The notes under the pieces: model-generated
Database searches by the model: none
Seen by the model: the letters and a program-made list of their open reading frames with translations, nothing else
Told to the model about the DNA's origin: nothing
Program-made: the position numbers and the translations under genes
Part shown: piece after piece, positions 21,654 to 33,803 of the stretch
Position numbering within the stretch: position 1 is the first letter of the stretch
Layout: the number at the start of each line of letters is the position of its first letter
Assembly: GCA_009602735.1 (NCBI GenBank)
Contig: WELA01000805.1
Coordinates: 688,273 to 722,075 of the forward strand
Direction: 5' to 3'
From: Mesotaenium endlicherianum
Taxonomy: Eukaryota
Length of the DNA: 33,803 nt

Positions 21654-21797
21654 CTGCACGTAGAGGATGAGGGACTCCAGGCTCTTGAGCTTGCGGTGCG
21701 GCCAGCGCGGAATGCCGATCACGCGGCTCTTCTTCTTCAGCACTGTGAGGCCCACCCCCAGCTTCCTGGCGGCCGCGGAGATGGGCATCGTGAAGTA
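21654..21797 (-). CDS. Intact RWP-RK exon of the inverted copy
   Basis: [48 protein letters not shown] with intact AG and GT sites; 5 differences in 144 nt from 14599-14742. Whether it is expressed is unknown. Confidence 0.6.
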
Positions 21798-23488
21798 CTG
21801 CGCGCTCGCTCGGACGTCCGATCACGCCACATCCACGGCCACGATGCACGCGCAGCCCGTGCACACACACGCACACATGGACGCACGCACACACACACGC
21901 ACGCACAGGCAACAACCCAAGTGTCCAAATCAAGACAGCGTAGTGAGGTCAGCAGCTAAGGCAGCTCGCCTCATGCACACGCACATCCGCGCGCCCTCTC
22001 GCGCGGGTGTATGTATGTGTTTGCACGCGCAGTAACACCAGCCTTCAGGGTTGCTTCAGTGCAGGGCTCGGGTCAATCGCCTTCACAAGGGATGCAAGAA
22101 ATAAACTCAAAAGCCTCTGGAAGCCAATATTGCCCAAGTGTGTACTGCGAAAAGAGGGGGCGGGGGGNTGCGAGCCTCTCGGTGGGGCCCTTGCAGGGCG
22201 GCACCTCCGAGTTGGCCAGCTGGCACTCGTCCTGCTGATCTCCTGCAAGCCCACAGGCCTGGCTCTCCTCCTGGTCCCCCACGGGGTCGCTTTCGGCTCT
22301 CCTCAGCAGGGAGCTAGCCACCTGGCGAACGCAGGGGACGGGCTCCTTGCCAGCTGCTGCATGGACTGCGACTTGTGCAGCTTCTGCTTCGGACAGGTGG
22401 CGGGCTGAGGCGCAGACAGGGAGGCGGGGGAGCGGCGCCCCGCGCTTCCAAGGTCCATCCTGCTGCTTGGGGGCCACCCGGCGTTTTCACAGGTGACAGC
22501 TGGCGGCGTGACAACGGGGGGCTCTGCAATACCGCCAGAGTAGCGGAGCTGCGCAGGATTGGCCCCTCCCTCCTGCAGCCCATTTTCAGCCTCCACCTGC
22601 TCCATCCCTGGCTCCTCCTCCTGGTCTATATCCTGGTCGAGTCCGGAGGTCTGGAGCCAAGCGCTCTCGAAGGCGACAGGTGTCGCGTTCCGAGAGGAGC
22701 GGCTCTGGCTGCGCTGCAGCTGCTCCTGGGGGCACGCGGGCCAGTCAAAGCTGTTGGACCTGGAGCCATGGGAGGGGGACGCTGCAAGCGCTCGGGAGTT
22801 GGATTTGTAACTGGAATTGGCTTCTCGCTTAGGAGGAGAATCCAGGAGGCTCCATGAGGAGCTGCCACCTGGCAAACTCTGGGGGCGGCCGCCAGATGGG
22901 GCGCCGCTGGGGATCATGCTGGGCAGCTGCGACTGGGGGTCGAAGCTGGACCTCAAATCCGGCGGAGGCCTGGACCAGATGGCGAGGTCCAGCTGCGCCA
23001 TGTCACCACGTTTGTGATGCGCATGAGCGTGCGTGCGAACGCCCGACACGTGCATGCTTGCCACCTGTTCATGAGTCTCTGCATGCGTCTGCGCCTGCGC
23101 TTGCGCCTAAGTCTGGGTCTGGCTGGGCCACAACCTCTCTCTGGGAGGAGGGGGGGGAGGAGCGGGCGTCCCTGATAGAGCTCCGTCGAACGGGCCAAGA
23201 AAGTCGGTCAGATGCGGCTTCCCCTTGCCGCCAGTTGGCGACTTGTAGAAGCTCAAGAAGTGAACGGCGGGCTGCGGGAAGCTCCCGCTCGACGTCTCAA
23301 AGTCAGCGCCAGCGTGCGGGAGCAGGTGGCATTTGGAGGAGAAAAGAGAGGCAGGGAGTGAGGGGGACCCCGCAGAGTTTGTGGGCGGCATAGTGGTGGA
23401 CATATGGGGGCTCTCGAAGCTGAGGGTCATTGCCTTGAAGGCCTCTCCTCCCCCAGGTGGAGAATGGAGGGGCTCAACGATGCTGCAG

Positions 23489-23574
23489 CACACACCCACA
23501 CACGCGCACGCGCACACGCACATACACACACACACGCGTGCGCACGCGCGTGTGCAGAGAGAGAGAGAGAGAGA
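23489..23574. repeat. Compound (CA/CG)n plus (AG)n microsatellite in an intron of the inverted RKD copy
   Basis: cacacacccacacacgcgcacgcg...gagagagagagagagagag is read directly. Confidence 0.8.
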
Positions 23575-25113
23575 GGCGGGAAGCAGAGCAGAATCAAACC
23601 AGATCAGAAAGGGGGGGGGGAGCAGCAGCGAAGAAAGGAGGGTTTCTCTGCTGGCCTGGCGGAGAGTGGGAGGATGCAGGAGTGCTCGCGCACCCACGCT
23701 GACGGGCACACATGCAGCGCACGGGGGGATGGCACGGATCAAGGCTCGAGCACGACTCGCGGGTTGGAGCTAGCTCTCGTGCTCCTTCCCCTCCAACAAT
23801 TGCCTCGCAAGCCTGGAGGAGGCAGCGGGCGAGACATAGCACGAGTTTTCTGAGATGCGAGTCCACTCTTCCACCTAAACGCGTCGCCTTCCATCTGGAG
23901 ACATTCTCCTACTTGCGAGCGAGAGGTGATGCCAAAGGAGGCGCATTGGGATGCCACCGGGCGCCAGCACATTGAACTGGGGAGGCAGGGACATGAGGCG
24001 CTGAGAGCTTACGAGAGGAGGCCTTGCAGGAGAGGCTGGCCCACAGCGACGGCAGGTCGCTGAACGATGCACCCCTTGGACGCGTTCAGCGAGTAGGGAC
24101 CCGCCACCTGGCGCGCTCCGTGGCCCTACATGAACCGACACTGTGCCTGACAGATGTAGTGACTACTCAGGCAGTGAAGCACCTGGACTTTAGCTGCTTT
24201 GAGGAAATTTGACGATGTGCGTGGTGTCATATCCGCATGACATCCTGTACCCTGAGCTCCAACTACTGCTCCCTCAACTGCCACGTGTCCAGCATGCTGC
24301 ACTTCTTCCTCCTCGCCACCCGTGTGCTCCTTGCTTGGTCTATTTTCCTCCTTGATACTGTTCTGCACTCCTTTTCCTCCCCATGTATGTCTGCTCTCAT
24401 GCTGATGCTGGCAGCGAGAGGACACCAGACTACTCAGGATTGTCTATTCCTTCAGTGGCAAGTCTTGCCTTTGTTACCCTCTGTCCAATTAAAGGGTTTC
24501 TGAAGGATGCTAGGTCTAGACAAAATGCTGGCTGTTTTGCAGTCTGCAGTGTTGCCCCAGGCCAATGATAGCTCTCACTTCAGTAATTAGACTGTCTCAT
24601 GAGTTCAAAAAGTATGCAACTGGAGGAGCACCGTGTACCTGAGGACCCTCTGGCAGCACCTTGCTCGTATCAATCCGAGGCTACATGGAAGCCTGCTACA
24701 GGTTGCTGCGAGAAAAGATGACGGCTCGTCACCAGCCTGCGATGCTGCTGCCTCTGGCCAACGACAGTAACCAGGTTGGGACTGGAGTTGTAGGCGATGC
24801 GCCTATAGATTGAGCATGAGATGCCCATGACCTCTCTGCTCTACTCATGCATGCATAGTAAGCCCGTGATAATACCGTGTGACCACGCCCATGCGTCAAC
24901 CCGGTCCGAAGACAATCGAACATTTGTGTGCGGCAGCATACGGAGGCTAGAAGTTATCTGGGTAGGGTGAATTGCCGACTCTGTCGTCAACTGCGCGTGG
25001 TGGTTGCTCTCATACTTCAGCCGTATCTCATCGCTCAGGTCGTCGTTTTTTCCCTCGGATATGGCGTCGGATACATGTCGGCCTCAGGCATGCATCCGTC
25101 TATGGATTCGTCG

Positions 25114-25292
25114 ATGTAGGTGACTACCTCATATAGAGCAGTAGAGGAGGTCAAATCTAAATTGCCCTTCGAGGCTTAGACATTCCCTTAGATTTACCTC
25201 ATACAGTAGTAGAGGAGGGCAAATCTAAATTGCCCTTAGATTTTCCCTTAGATTTGCCCTCCTCCACTACTCTATGAGGTAGCCACCTACAT
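25114..25292. mobile_element. MITE-like / foldback element with ~45-bp terminal inverted repeats and an internal duplication
   Basis: The left end atgtaggtgactacctcatatagagcagtagaggaggtcaaatctaa is nearly the reverse complement of the right end ttagatttgccctcctccactactctatgaggtagccacctacat. 25125-25169 is repeated directly at ~25195-25237. Confidence 0.75.
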
Positions 25293-25743
25293 AAGGCTCC
25301 TCCGTAGCTTGCTGGTGTACAGTCTAGAATGTTCGTGTCTACTAAGGACCACTGCAATTTACTTCGACTCTCACTACTTGTTAACGGTCATAGCTGCCCT
25401 TTGCTGCAGGCAGATACATCTTTCATCTTGCCGAACGCGTGCGCTGGCAAGTCGACGGTAAGAGTGGTATACTAGTACGGTCTCACTGTGTGAGAAGAAC
25501 ACCGCGGCCATTATACTTATGTGTATTACGTTCTGAATCTTCAAACTTCAGAAAATTCTACAAGTGCTGCAGAAAAAGCTCATTGTCATTTTCTTCGAAG
25601 CTACCTGCTTCAAGTGGTGTGCCATGTTTCAAAAGAGGTGCTGCAGTAGGATTTGATCCGTAAGAGCTTCCTTTTGAGAAGAATGTCTCAGTCAAGGTCT
25701 TTTCTTAAAGCTCGCCACAAAACTTGCGAAAAGTAATTTCTGC

Positions 25744-25810
25744 AAGAGGCCTTTGATTAGTTACTGGGCCTTCCACTCTAGCGAAGGTTATCAGGCACTC
25801 CTACTTAGCC
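25744..25810 (+). repeat. Dispersed repeat, copy 2 (copy 1 at ~16363-16435)
   Basis: Same motif string as 16363-16435, with small indels. Confidence 0.65.
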
Positions 25811-28800
25811 TGATCAAGACATACATATTTCAGACCTTAACACCTCGAAGGGCAGGTTCACTTTTGTCATGCACCTTCTTCAGGTGTCAATCTACTATGC
25901 ACATGCTCAATCGACTTAAACCCAGCAGCTTTGAGTTGCAAAAATATTCAGAGCCTTCGTGATCAAGAATATGGTGATCACATGACGGTTTCACTAGCTG
26001 CTTATGAAACCAATGAAATTACCCTCCATTTGTCACGCTTCACGGTTCATTGAAAGTAATTTTGTCAGTAAACTGTGGTGTAACCGGACCCCCAACGACC
26101 CTCACAAACGCATGCATGAGAGTAAACACAAAAAAGTTCATAGAACATTAGGCAATGTGAAGTATGAGCAGAAGCAACTGCAAGCTGATGACGGAAAGCT
26201 TCTGATTTTGGAGCATGACCTACGTGATCTGAGACCTGTGCAAATACCTCCCTTTGGCTGGAATGAAAGTAGTGATTGTAAACGGAAAGTGGTGTGAAAG
26301 CCCAAGTAAACGGCATCACTATTGGCAATAGCCAAGCCTGTTACTTGGACTGAGCATCACTAGCAACATTTTGTGTGTAGAGACTAAGCAGATGTTTCGT
26401 GCTCTACACGTAATCTGCTGCTCCTCGAGTCAACCTGCAGGACAAGCCAAGGATGCAACCAACAGCGAAATGCCAGCTGGCAATTGCTCAACTCAAGCAC
26501 CCAAATACACCAGTTGCCATCTGAAGCCTTTGACATTCTTCGTCCATCCCGTCCCTCCTCCGACATCCAAAGAGGGCAAGAGGGGGGCCCAAGAGTACAC
26601 AGGTGGCATCCAGAAACGGCCAGGGCCGCTTTTTCCTGCAGGGCAGTGTACCAGCTAAGTGCAGGAAGAAGGTGCATGCATGCTTTTTTGGGGCTGACTG
26701 CTCATGAGCCCTCCCCGCAGCTGCCTGGCTGCACGAAGTTCCTTCTCCCATACCCCTCCCCCTCCCCCCTCCAGCCTTTTTCCTCGCCCTCTTCCTCCCT
26801 CCAGTAGTACCTTGAATTGATGACACATGCACGTCCAATTGATCCCGATGGCGAACCGTGAGTGGCTGGACAGCCTGCTAGCAATCGATCGACGCCGTCA
26901 ATCTGCCCCCTCCACCAGCGAGCGTACCCTGGCTGCAGCTCATAGACGTGTTCAAGTCGCGTGCTGGCGCAACGCTACACCTGCGAGCGCAGGCGCAAGT
27001 GTCAGGTCTGCAAGTCAGGGTTTGGGGGTTGGAAAGTGAGAAGAAGAATAGACCCTGCTATCCCTCCCCTCAGGACCCGGGTAGGCCGGGGATAGGCATG
27101 GGTGACGTCCGGGTCAGGGCTTGGTTTGTAGCGGAGTGACAAACTTTGGATTGGCAGGAGAGACACCTGCATCGGGTGCCTACGTTTGAGTGCGATGCAA
27201 TGCCGTAACAGAGGAGAGGTGAGACTCGAGTCGAGAGGCTCCACCAGATGCAAGCTACATTGAGTTACGGGGCCGGCATCGGGTGCAAAGCAGTCTGGGC
27301 GATAACCGTCACGAAATAACTGAATGAACGGGAATGAGGCCGGAAGCGGCAGGAGAATTCTCTCTCCGCGGACAGAGGGCAAGAGGAAGCGCTGAGGGGC
27401 CTTCTCCCACTCCCCCTTCCCCTCCTCCTCTCCTCCACCTCCTCCTCCGGCTGCGGCTGTGAGTAGCCCCCCTCGTTTTTAATGTTCTCCTCAAGCGTGA
27501 CAGAGCGCGGGGCATGGAACAAGCATGACCGTGAATTGCCGCCAAGGCCTTCATACCCATTTCACTACTTCACTCGAAATTTGCTACTAAAAGGATGGTG
27601 ACAGGGCCCCATACCTCCTCCCACAAGGAGTACCGATGATGGCAAAGCGAAGCACTCCTCAGAGCTCCTGTCAGCGTCGCCCACGACTTTGCGGGCTCAC
27701 GCCATGGCGGCAGCACTCCTGGTGGTGACGGCTGCCTGGCAGTAGGATGCGCGGGCAACGCTTGGGATGCAAGCAGTCGGCGGCAAATGAGAGACTAGTG
27801 CGCCCCAAGCGCACATAGGCCGAGGGAGATGAACACAAACATACACACCAGTGCGCAGGTGGTAACAATCCACACAACCGACCATCACGCAAGGGAGAAG
27901 AAGAGGGAGAGGTTGGGGCACGTGCGGCAGCTGCTCCCTTAAGGGCGGGGGGAGGATGGGGAGAGGGGGAGGAAAAAAGGGGGGGGTGAGAGAGCCGGCA
28001 CCTGCCAAAGGGAGCTCTCCCTGACGAGTGCTCACGCAGTGCCACATTCTGCGGCTTGGAGACCCGGCTATGTCTGTGTCTCACGGCGTGCATCTCTACT
28101 CCTCCAGAGAGCAGGCATCACAGTGTGATGCTCAGGGCTGATGTCTCAGGTCCAGGGCATGGGCATACGCGATGCCACTGCTACTGCACGGCTTGATTCC
28201 ACCGCCGCTGCTCTCAAAGAGCAGCTGGCCAGCAGCTGGGAGTTGGAGACACCGGGTGTGGTGGGGAGAAGCTCCCTTCAGATGCTTCGGCTCTCCCCCC
28301 TCAACCTGAGGGCTGCTCGAGAGGGCACCCTGCCACCATCCTCAGAGCCCCCTGCATCGTCTGAGCCTCTCTCTCTCTCAGTCCCCTGAGCATCGCCTCT
28401 GTCCCCAGAAGCTCAGGCAGGACTCCAGAGCTCTCTCAAGGCCTCCCCGAGAACGGCACGGTGCAGCACGGTCCACCACAGCACAGCGCTGGAAGCATCT
28501 GCTCTTCAGAGCGGATGCCACGTGTCACACTCCGACGTGAAAGGGACGGGCGGGAAGCACGACAGGAGCGAGCGAGTGCGTGGTAGAAATGTCGGAAGTG
28601 CAGCTGCAGAGGACCAACACTCAGCTACTGCGGCGCGTTTACAGGGGACGGAAAGCAAGAGGAGAGGGAAGTGGCATGCAGGCAACGCTTAAACAACAGG
28701 GTGCACTGGGTGGCGGCAACCTCATGATGACAGCTGGCAGCCCAGCTTACAACGCTCTGTGTCCCACCTCTGCTTCGAGGGCCCGTCTATGCATCCAGCG

Positions 28801-30729
28801 TGTGCTTCATTTAGGCCCTTCAAGCTCGCCACGTCAGCACTCGTGGCTAGTTAAATATGCTAATTACAGCACCAGCATCAGCCGGACCTTAATGGCAGGA
28901 GACCACCATCACCTTCTTAGCCCCCTTGACTGACAGAAGAGGACAAGAAGGGGCCTCGCAATGTGCATGAGTAGGGGGGTTCTGGGAGAGGGGGGCAGCG
29001 TCAAGAGGGAGGTTTTTGGGGGAGGAGGAGTTATACTTAGGCTCTGGTAACTGACGCACAGTTCAAACTCCAAGTAATAGTGAACTTATTTTTATTAGAG
29101 TAGATTATGTTCCGGCTTGCAGTGAGAGTACAAGAAGGATAACCACGACTACTATCACTTCCCAGAACTACCTTCTATCATGTGAGTGTGACATTCACAT
29201 GTCAGATGACAGGGCATCCCCAGTCTGCAAAAGGTCACACCCCTCTGCGTATCTCGTACAAAACCTTAAATCAGAGGTCTCTACATCAGGAAATTTATGA
29301 AAGATGCAAAACTACAACCATTTTCAATGCCCCCTGACCAATCTCAAATAATATCCTCGCGCATGAAGCACACGTTACTTACGTGCACAGCTGATTTTTA
29401 TGGACGTTGTTTCTCAAAAGCTGTGCCCAACATATTCTCAAGCTCCCAATCATGAACCACATAGCCCCACCCCTTGACCCCAATACGGTCCTTCAAATTG
29501 GCGATAATGTAATACTGTGTGAATGCTGGTTCGAGTAGTGCACGTCAAAAAGTTGCACTTGAAACGATTTGCACTTAAAATATGTTGCGCGTCGGAGGAC
29601 TGAAGTAACCAAGACAGCACTTTGTGCTGACGTATGATAGTCTCTGATGTTTCTCATATACAATGAATAAAGTATGAAACAAACATCATCAAACAATAGA
29701 AGCTTTTAGTAATTACACTTTCTAAGTTTTACCTGGTCGTATATTGAACAATTAATTCACATCGACGTACAAGTGTGTTTCTATTTTACTCTTCCTGTAC
29801 TCCTCTGTCCAGCTGATACTACTGCTCTACAGTTAATGCATTTGCTGCCTTACCTAGAACAAGATATAAGCTGATCCGAAGTGACATCTGCATACCTCTA
29901 AACAAAATATTTTGCGGTTGAAGAGGAAGGGGAAGAGGAAGAGCAAGAGCACATGCAATGCACACAGTGTGCTAGTGAAAAAGAGCTATCAGATGCTGGA
30001 TTGTGAATTGTCGATAGAAGCAGATCAGTCACAGCTCGCTGAAAGTGTTACACCTGGACACACCCTTCTTGCCACTTATCATCACTCGTCAGGCATGCTC
30101 ATTGCTCATATATTTGCTACGATGACGAGCTGTGAAGAGACAAAAGCAGCTTAACTGTGGGGAGTCGCTCGTTGACCAGGTTTATGCTGCTTCATCCACC
30201 TTTGATCGACGTCTACGCTGACGTGCACTGACCTCGGGGCCTTCATGACAGTACTCCACGTCGAACTACGGGGTCAGCGACCAGGTAATGTGAACAATTG
30301 TGAATGCGCTAAAACCTTGCCCGAATATTGTGGGCAAGCATGAGGTCTCCAACTTTTGCGTGTCAAATTTAACGGGTTTCACAATATTATAGCTTTATTC
30401 TTCATTATGGATTTTCAGTTGATTAGGATGCTTAATTCAGTTGTGTTGAACCATTTTGAACCAGCTGATCATGGCAAGCCCTGCTGACGTGTATTGAGCA
30501 GTATTGAGCGTTCTTTTACATTTGTGAGAAGCTTGTACGTGCCAGTACTGCAGTGTGCTACTTTTCCAATTCCTCCTGTCTCCCCCATGTTTTTGTGCTG
30601 GTGATTCTCACCCGAACATATTTCCGCAAATAATCATGCACGTCTGACCAGGTGGTCGAATAATTGATTCACGACTTAGATAGCAGGAGGGACAGTGACA
30701 GGGGCAGGGACAGGGACAAGGTCGCAGGA

Positions 30730-33293
30730 ATGGGGATTCTTAGAGTTATCGGACTGTTCAATCTGGTTTGTGTTGCTTCTTTCTTCTTAGTGGCGGATGC
30801 AGCATGCAGAAGTCATCTTCGGAGCTCGGGGGTGCCGAAATGGAAAAGCCCACTGGGAATGCTGAGGGAACGAATGGGAATTGACAGGCCTACTGCAGCG
30901 ACCGATAGCCTGCAGGGTCCGCGCCTTCAGGAGTGGCCCATTGACATCAGGCCAGAAGGGCCCGCTTCTGGCCTGCTCACTGAGGAGCAGCCGGAGGTTG
31001 GCCACTATGCCGGCTACTACAGGCTGAATAGAACTCATGACACCAGGTATCATTGCCACCTGAGAGGTTTTTAAGCGTAAAAATTAACACGAAGGGCTAA
31101 GGGGAGTGTGTAGGCCAATAGGCATCATCAATAGATCTTGTATGCATAGAGGTTGAAAATGCCCGAAATAAATGACAAGTGTAATTTACGCCATCTTCGT
31201 ATAGTTGGCTTCAAGTGTGAGTGTGTGATATTGAGGGTAGCCCATGAAGTGGGACAAGTATTTGGTCTTACAGAAACCAATAGTGTGCAAGGCCATATTT
31301 GCCATGATTGTTTTCTGAGTGCGTATGGAACACAACAGGGGCCATGATAATCTGATATCCTTATTATCATACTGTGTGTGCTCGAGAGACGATGTATGTG
31401 TGTGAGCTGAAGGTATTCTGACTCTAAGACGCCTTGTACACTCATACTCTGAAAGGTAGTGGAATGGACTTGGTTTTTTGGCCATGAAGTCTGCACACCT
31501 TTTGATTCTTTGCTTCCTCTTTTTCTCCATGTTACCTGCTGTGAGCAAGAGCGTGCCAAACATGTGATTGCAGTTCCAAGCAGAAATCGTGCCACCTGTA
31601 CGTGGTACTACCTCTGCCACATGCCCCTCGTTGCACATGCAGCAATCAAATATTCACCCGGAACGTGGTGTGGATTGATAAGCACGTGCACGCCAGCGAG
31701 CACCGCTGAAAGAGTCCTGCCCTCCCGGCCCCTCGGCGTGGACCTGCTTGCAAAGCTTCCACTAAACCTTTGATGTGAGAATGTCTCTTGGGAAGGGGGG
31801 TGCACTTTCGAGGAAACACACACGTCCTCGCTTGTAAGCCCGGTTAGAAGAGCCCTGTCCCCTGTCCTCGCTCACTACCTGCGGGCTTCAAATCTCTGAC
31901 ACGGGGCTCCCTTGTGGCGAGGGCCACAGGTTGCCTCGCTGGCCCTTCAGCCAGGGGCCTGTCCGCACCACTACTCCACTGACAGAAGGGCCACTGTTGC
32001 TTGGGGGCGGGGCAAGGGGGAGGAGGGNNNNNNNNNNNNNNNNNNNNNNNNNNNNNNNNNNNNNNNNNNNNNNNNNNNNNNNNNNNNNNNNNNNNNNNNN
32101 NNNNNNNNNNNNNNNNNNNNNNNNNNNNGGGGGGGGGTGTGTGCGTGCAGGATGTTCTACTGGTTCTTCGAGTCGAGGGGCAACAAGAGCGAGGACCCCG
32201 TGGTTCTGTGGATGACGGGCGGGCCCGGGTGCGCCAGCGAGGTGGCGCTGTTTTACGAGAACGGGCCCTGGAAGATCCACCCCGAGAACCTCACGCTCCA
32301 CTGGAACGACTACGGCTGGGACAAGGTCGGTCCCCACATCATCCTCAAATTTCGATTCTCTCGATCCTTGGTCCTCCGCATGCTCCTCCTTCAAGGTCGC
32401 TCGCCACGCCACGTCTTTGCGGCGGCTCGCGGTGCCAGGGTGGGGAGGGGTTGGAGTCTGCACGTGGGACGGTGTAGGTGTCGCAGCGGGCTCTTCCTGC
32501 TTCTGCTGTGAGCGTGTATGCGTAAATTGCCTGATGGTGAGTACGTAATCAACATTCCTGATGATGCTATCATACGTGTGTAATCTTCTCTTCTCACTCA
32601 GCCCCCGGATGGAGAGAAGCCGCTGTGAAGAAACGCGCTGGGGCGTTCGGTGTGGTGCTCTGCTGAGCTGGCAAGGTCCACTCTGGCACGCTCGGGGCCG
32701 CTCCTCAGCTTTGCCTTCCGTGGGAGAGAACTCGAAGAAGATAGCCGAGCATGGCACCTGCTCAAAGTGCCGTGCGGGAGCGGCGCCCGCTTTTGCGTCT
32801 GCGGCGCAGATCAGGACTCATCTCGCCACCATCAACTTTTGTCATTTCATGGTGGACGGTCGCCGTGGACGAGAAATAAGAGTTGGCCACGACGGCATTT
32901 TAAACAAAACAAAAACAATCAACACTGACGCCATAAAAAAAAAGAAAAAAGAAAAACTGACGGCAAAAGGTATATGCCTGACTTGATGTTGCTGTCCTGC
33001 TTGCTCTGTGCCGTGCGATTGGGCGGGGGCATGTGCGTGGGCATGGGCGTGGGCGTGGTGGTGCTCCGGCGATTGCGGCGACGTGTCCGCCGTGTCTGCC
33101 TGCCACCTGCCGCTTTGCCCCCCGCTGCCGCCTCTGCCGTCGCTGCTGCTGCTGCTGCTGCTGCCGCTGCCAGGTGTCCAACATCATCTACGTGGACCAG
33201 CCGGTAAACACGGGGTTCAGCTACAGCTCTGACCCGCGCGACATCCGCCACGACGAGCCCGGCATCAGCCAGGACGTCTTTGAGTTCCTCCAG
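30730..33293 (+). CDS. SCPL: Serine carboxypeptidase-like protein (peptidase S10, CPY/SCPL48-49-like), exons 1-3; the gene continues past the window
   Basis: Exons 30730-31046, 32151-32325 and 33174-33293 are GT-AG and in phase. They give a signal-peptide-like N-terminus, GHYAGYYRL...R|MFYWFFESR...DPVVLWMTGGPGCASEVALFYENGP...WNDYGWDK|VSNIIYVDQPVNTGFSYS. Confidence 0.95.
32028..32128. other. Assembly gap (N run) in SCPL intron 1
   Basis: A run of ~101 N flanked by G-rich sequence. Confidence 0.98.
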
Positions 33294-33449
33294 GTGCGCG
33301 CTCCCCGCCGGCTGGCCACGCACTCCAGCGTGCCCGCGTGCTTGCGTGCGTGCGTGCGTGCATTAGTGTGCGTGGGCGTGTGCTTGCGTGCGTGCGTGAG
33401 TAGCAGCAGTTCCTTTGCTTCAGGGGGGGCAGAGAGCCAGGCCTCATGA

Positions 33450-33528
33450 TATGCCTGTGCCTATGCCTGTGCATGTCCCTGTGCCTGTGCCTGTGCCTAT
33501 GCCTGTGCCTATGTCTATGCCTATGCCT
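33450..33528 (+). repeat. Hexamer tandem repeat (CCTGTG/CCTATG)n in SCPL intron 3
   Basis: About 12 units of gcctgt/gcctat, read directly. Confidence 0.85.
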
Positions 33529-33803
33529 GGAAGAATTTGGGGAGAGCCCTCCTTTCGAAACGGGACAGGCTCTGCAGCAGACGCCCTCTGGGCATGCTTG
33601 CGGATATTATTAATGACAACGGTGCAGGTGCTTGCTTCTCTGGACAGGGCAGGTTGGATTCTGATGCCACAGGACATAGTTGAGAGAAACTGCAAGGGCT
33701 CACGTTCTGAGCACTTTCCATATGAGCGGAACCCTCCAGATGTGACCAGGGACTGTCACATTTATTGGGCAGGCTAAAAAGGGGGGGGAAGGGGGGCGCA
33801 GGG

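Larger units (their letters stand above)
20521..24127 (-). pseudogene. RKD: Inverted, 5'-truncated duplicate of the RKD gene (3' half of exon 4 through the 3' UTR, introns included)
   Basis: Homologous blocks: exon 4 part 24127-24013, exon 5 ~23482-22169, RWP-RK exon 21797-21654, last exon 21156-20809. Lesions: CAG>TAG at 23109-23107, a 1-bp deletion at ~22325 giving a stop at 22303, the exon 5 donor missing at an N (22168), and a frameshifted tail. Exons 1-3 were not found. Confidence 0.87.

Noticed and set aside
24126..24425. Minus-strand peptide HADMTPRTSSNFLK resembling a cyclophilin N-terminal motif
   Set aside because: The match is short, and the FHR and QGGDP motifs do not follow.
25900..29100. 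GC-rich, purine/pyrimidine-skewed region as a hidden gene or the missing RKD 5' exons
   Set aside because: No similarity to RKD exons 1-3 was seen by eye, and no consistent exon chain could be built.
33415..33777. ORF encoding a PVPM repeat protein
   Set aside because: It is the translation of an intronic hexamer microsatellite downstream of the SCPL exon 3 donor.

Overview
This is eukaryotic, intron-rich DNA from a green plant or streptophyte alga; the lineage cannot be fixed from sequence alone. From left to right: (1) the terminal exon of a transthyretin-like HIU hydrolase (TTL) with an internal PTS2 (844-1436,+); (2) a BED-zinc-finger/hAT-like fragment; (3) an internally deleted Ty3/Gypsy LTR retrotransposon with intact ends and a CGCGC target-site duplication (3227-4572); (4) a predicted 7-exon, ~1076-aa RWP-RK transcription factor of the RKD clade (9233-15674,+); (5) after a ~4.7 kb AT-rich spacer, an inverted, 5'-truncated and disrupted duplicate of that gene (~20521-24127,-) that keeps an intact RWP-RK exon; (6) a small foldback/MITE-like element (25114-25292); (7) the first three exons of a secreted S10 serine carboxypeptidase (30730->33293,+). 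The most notable structure is the tail-to-tail RKD gene/pseudogene inverted repeat with patchy near-identity. All alignments and exon models were made by eye.
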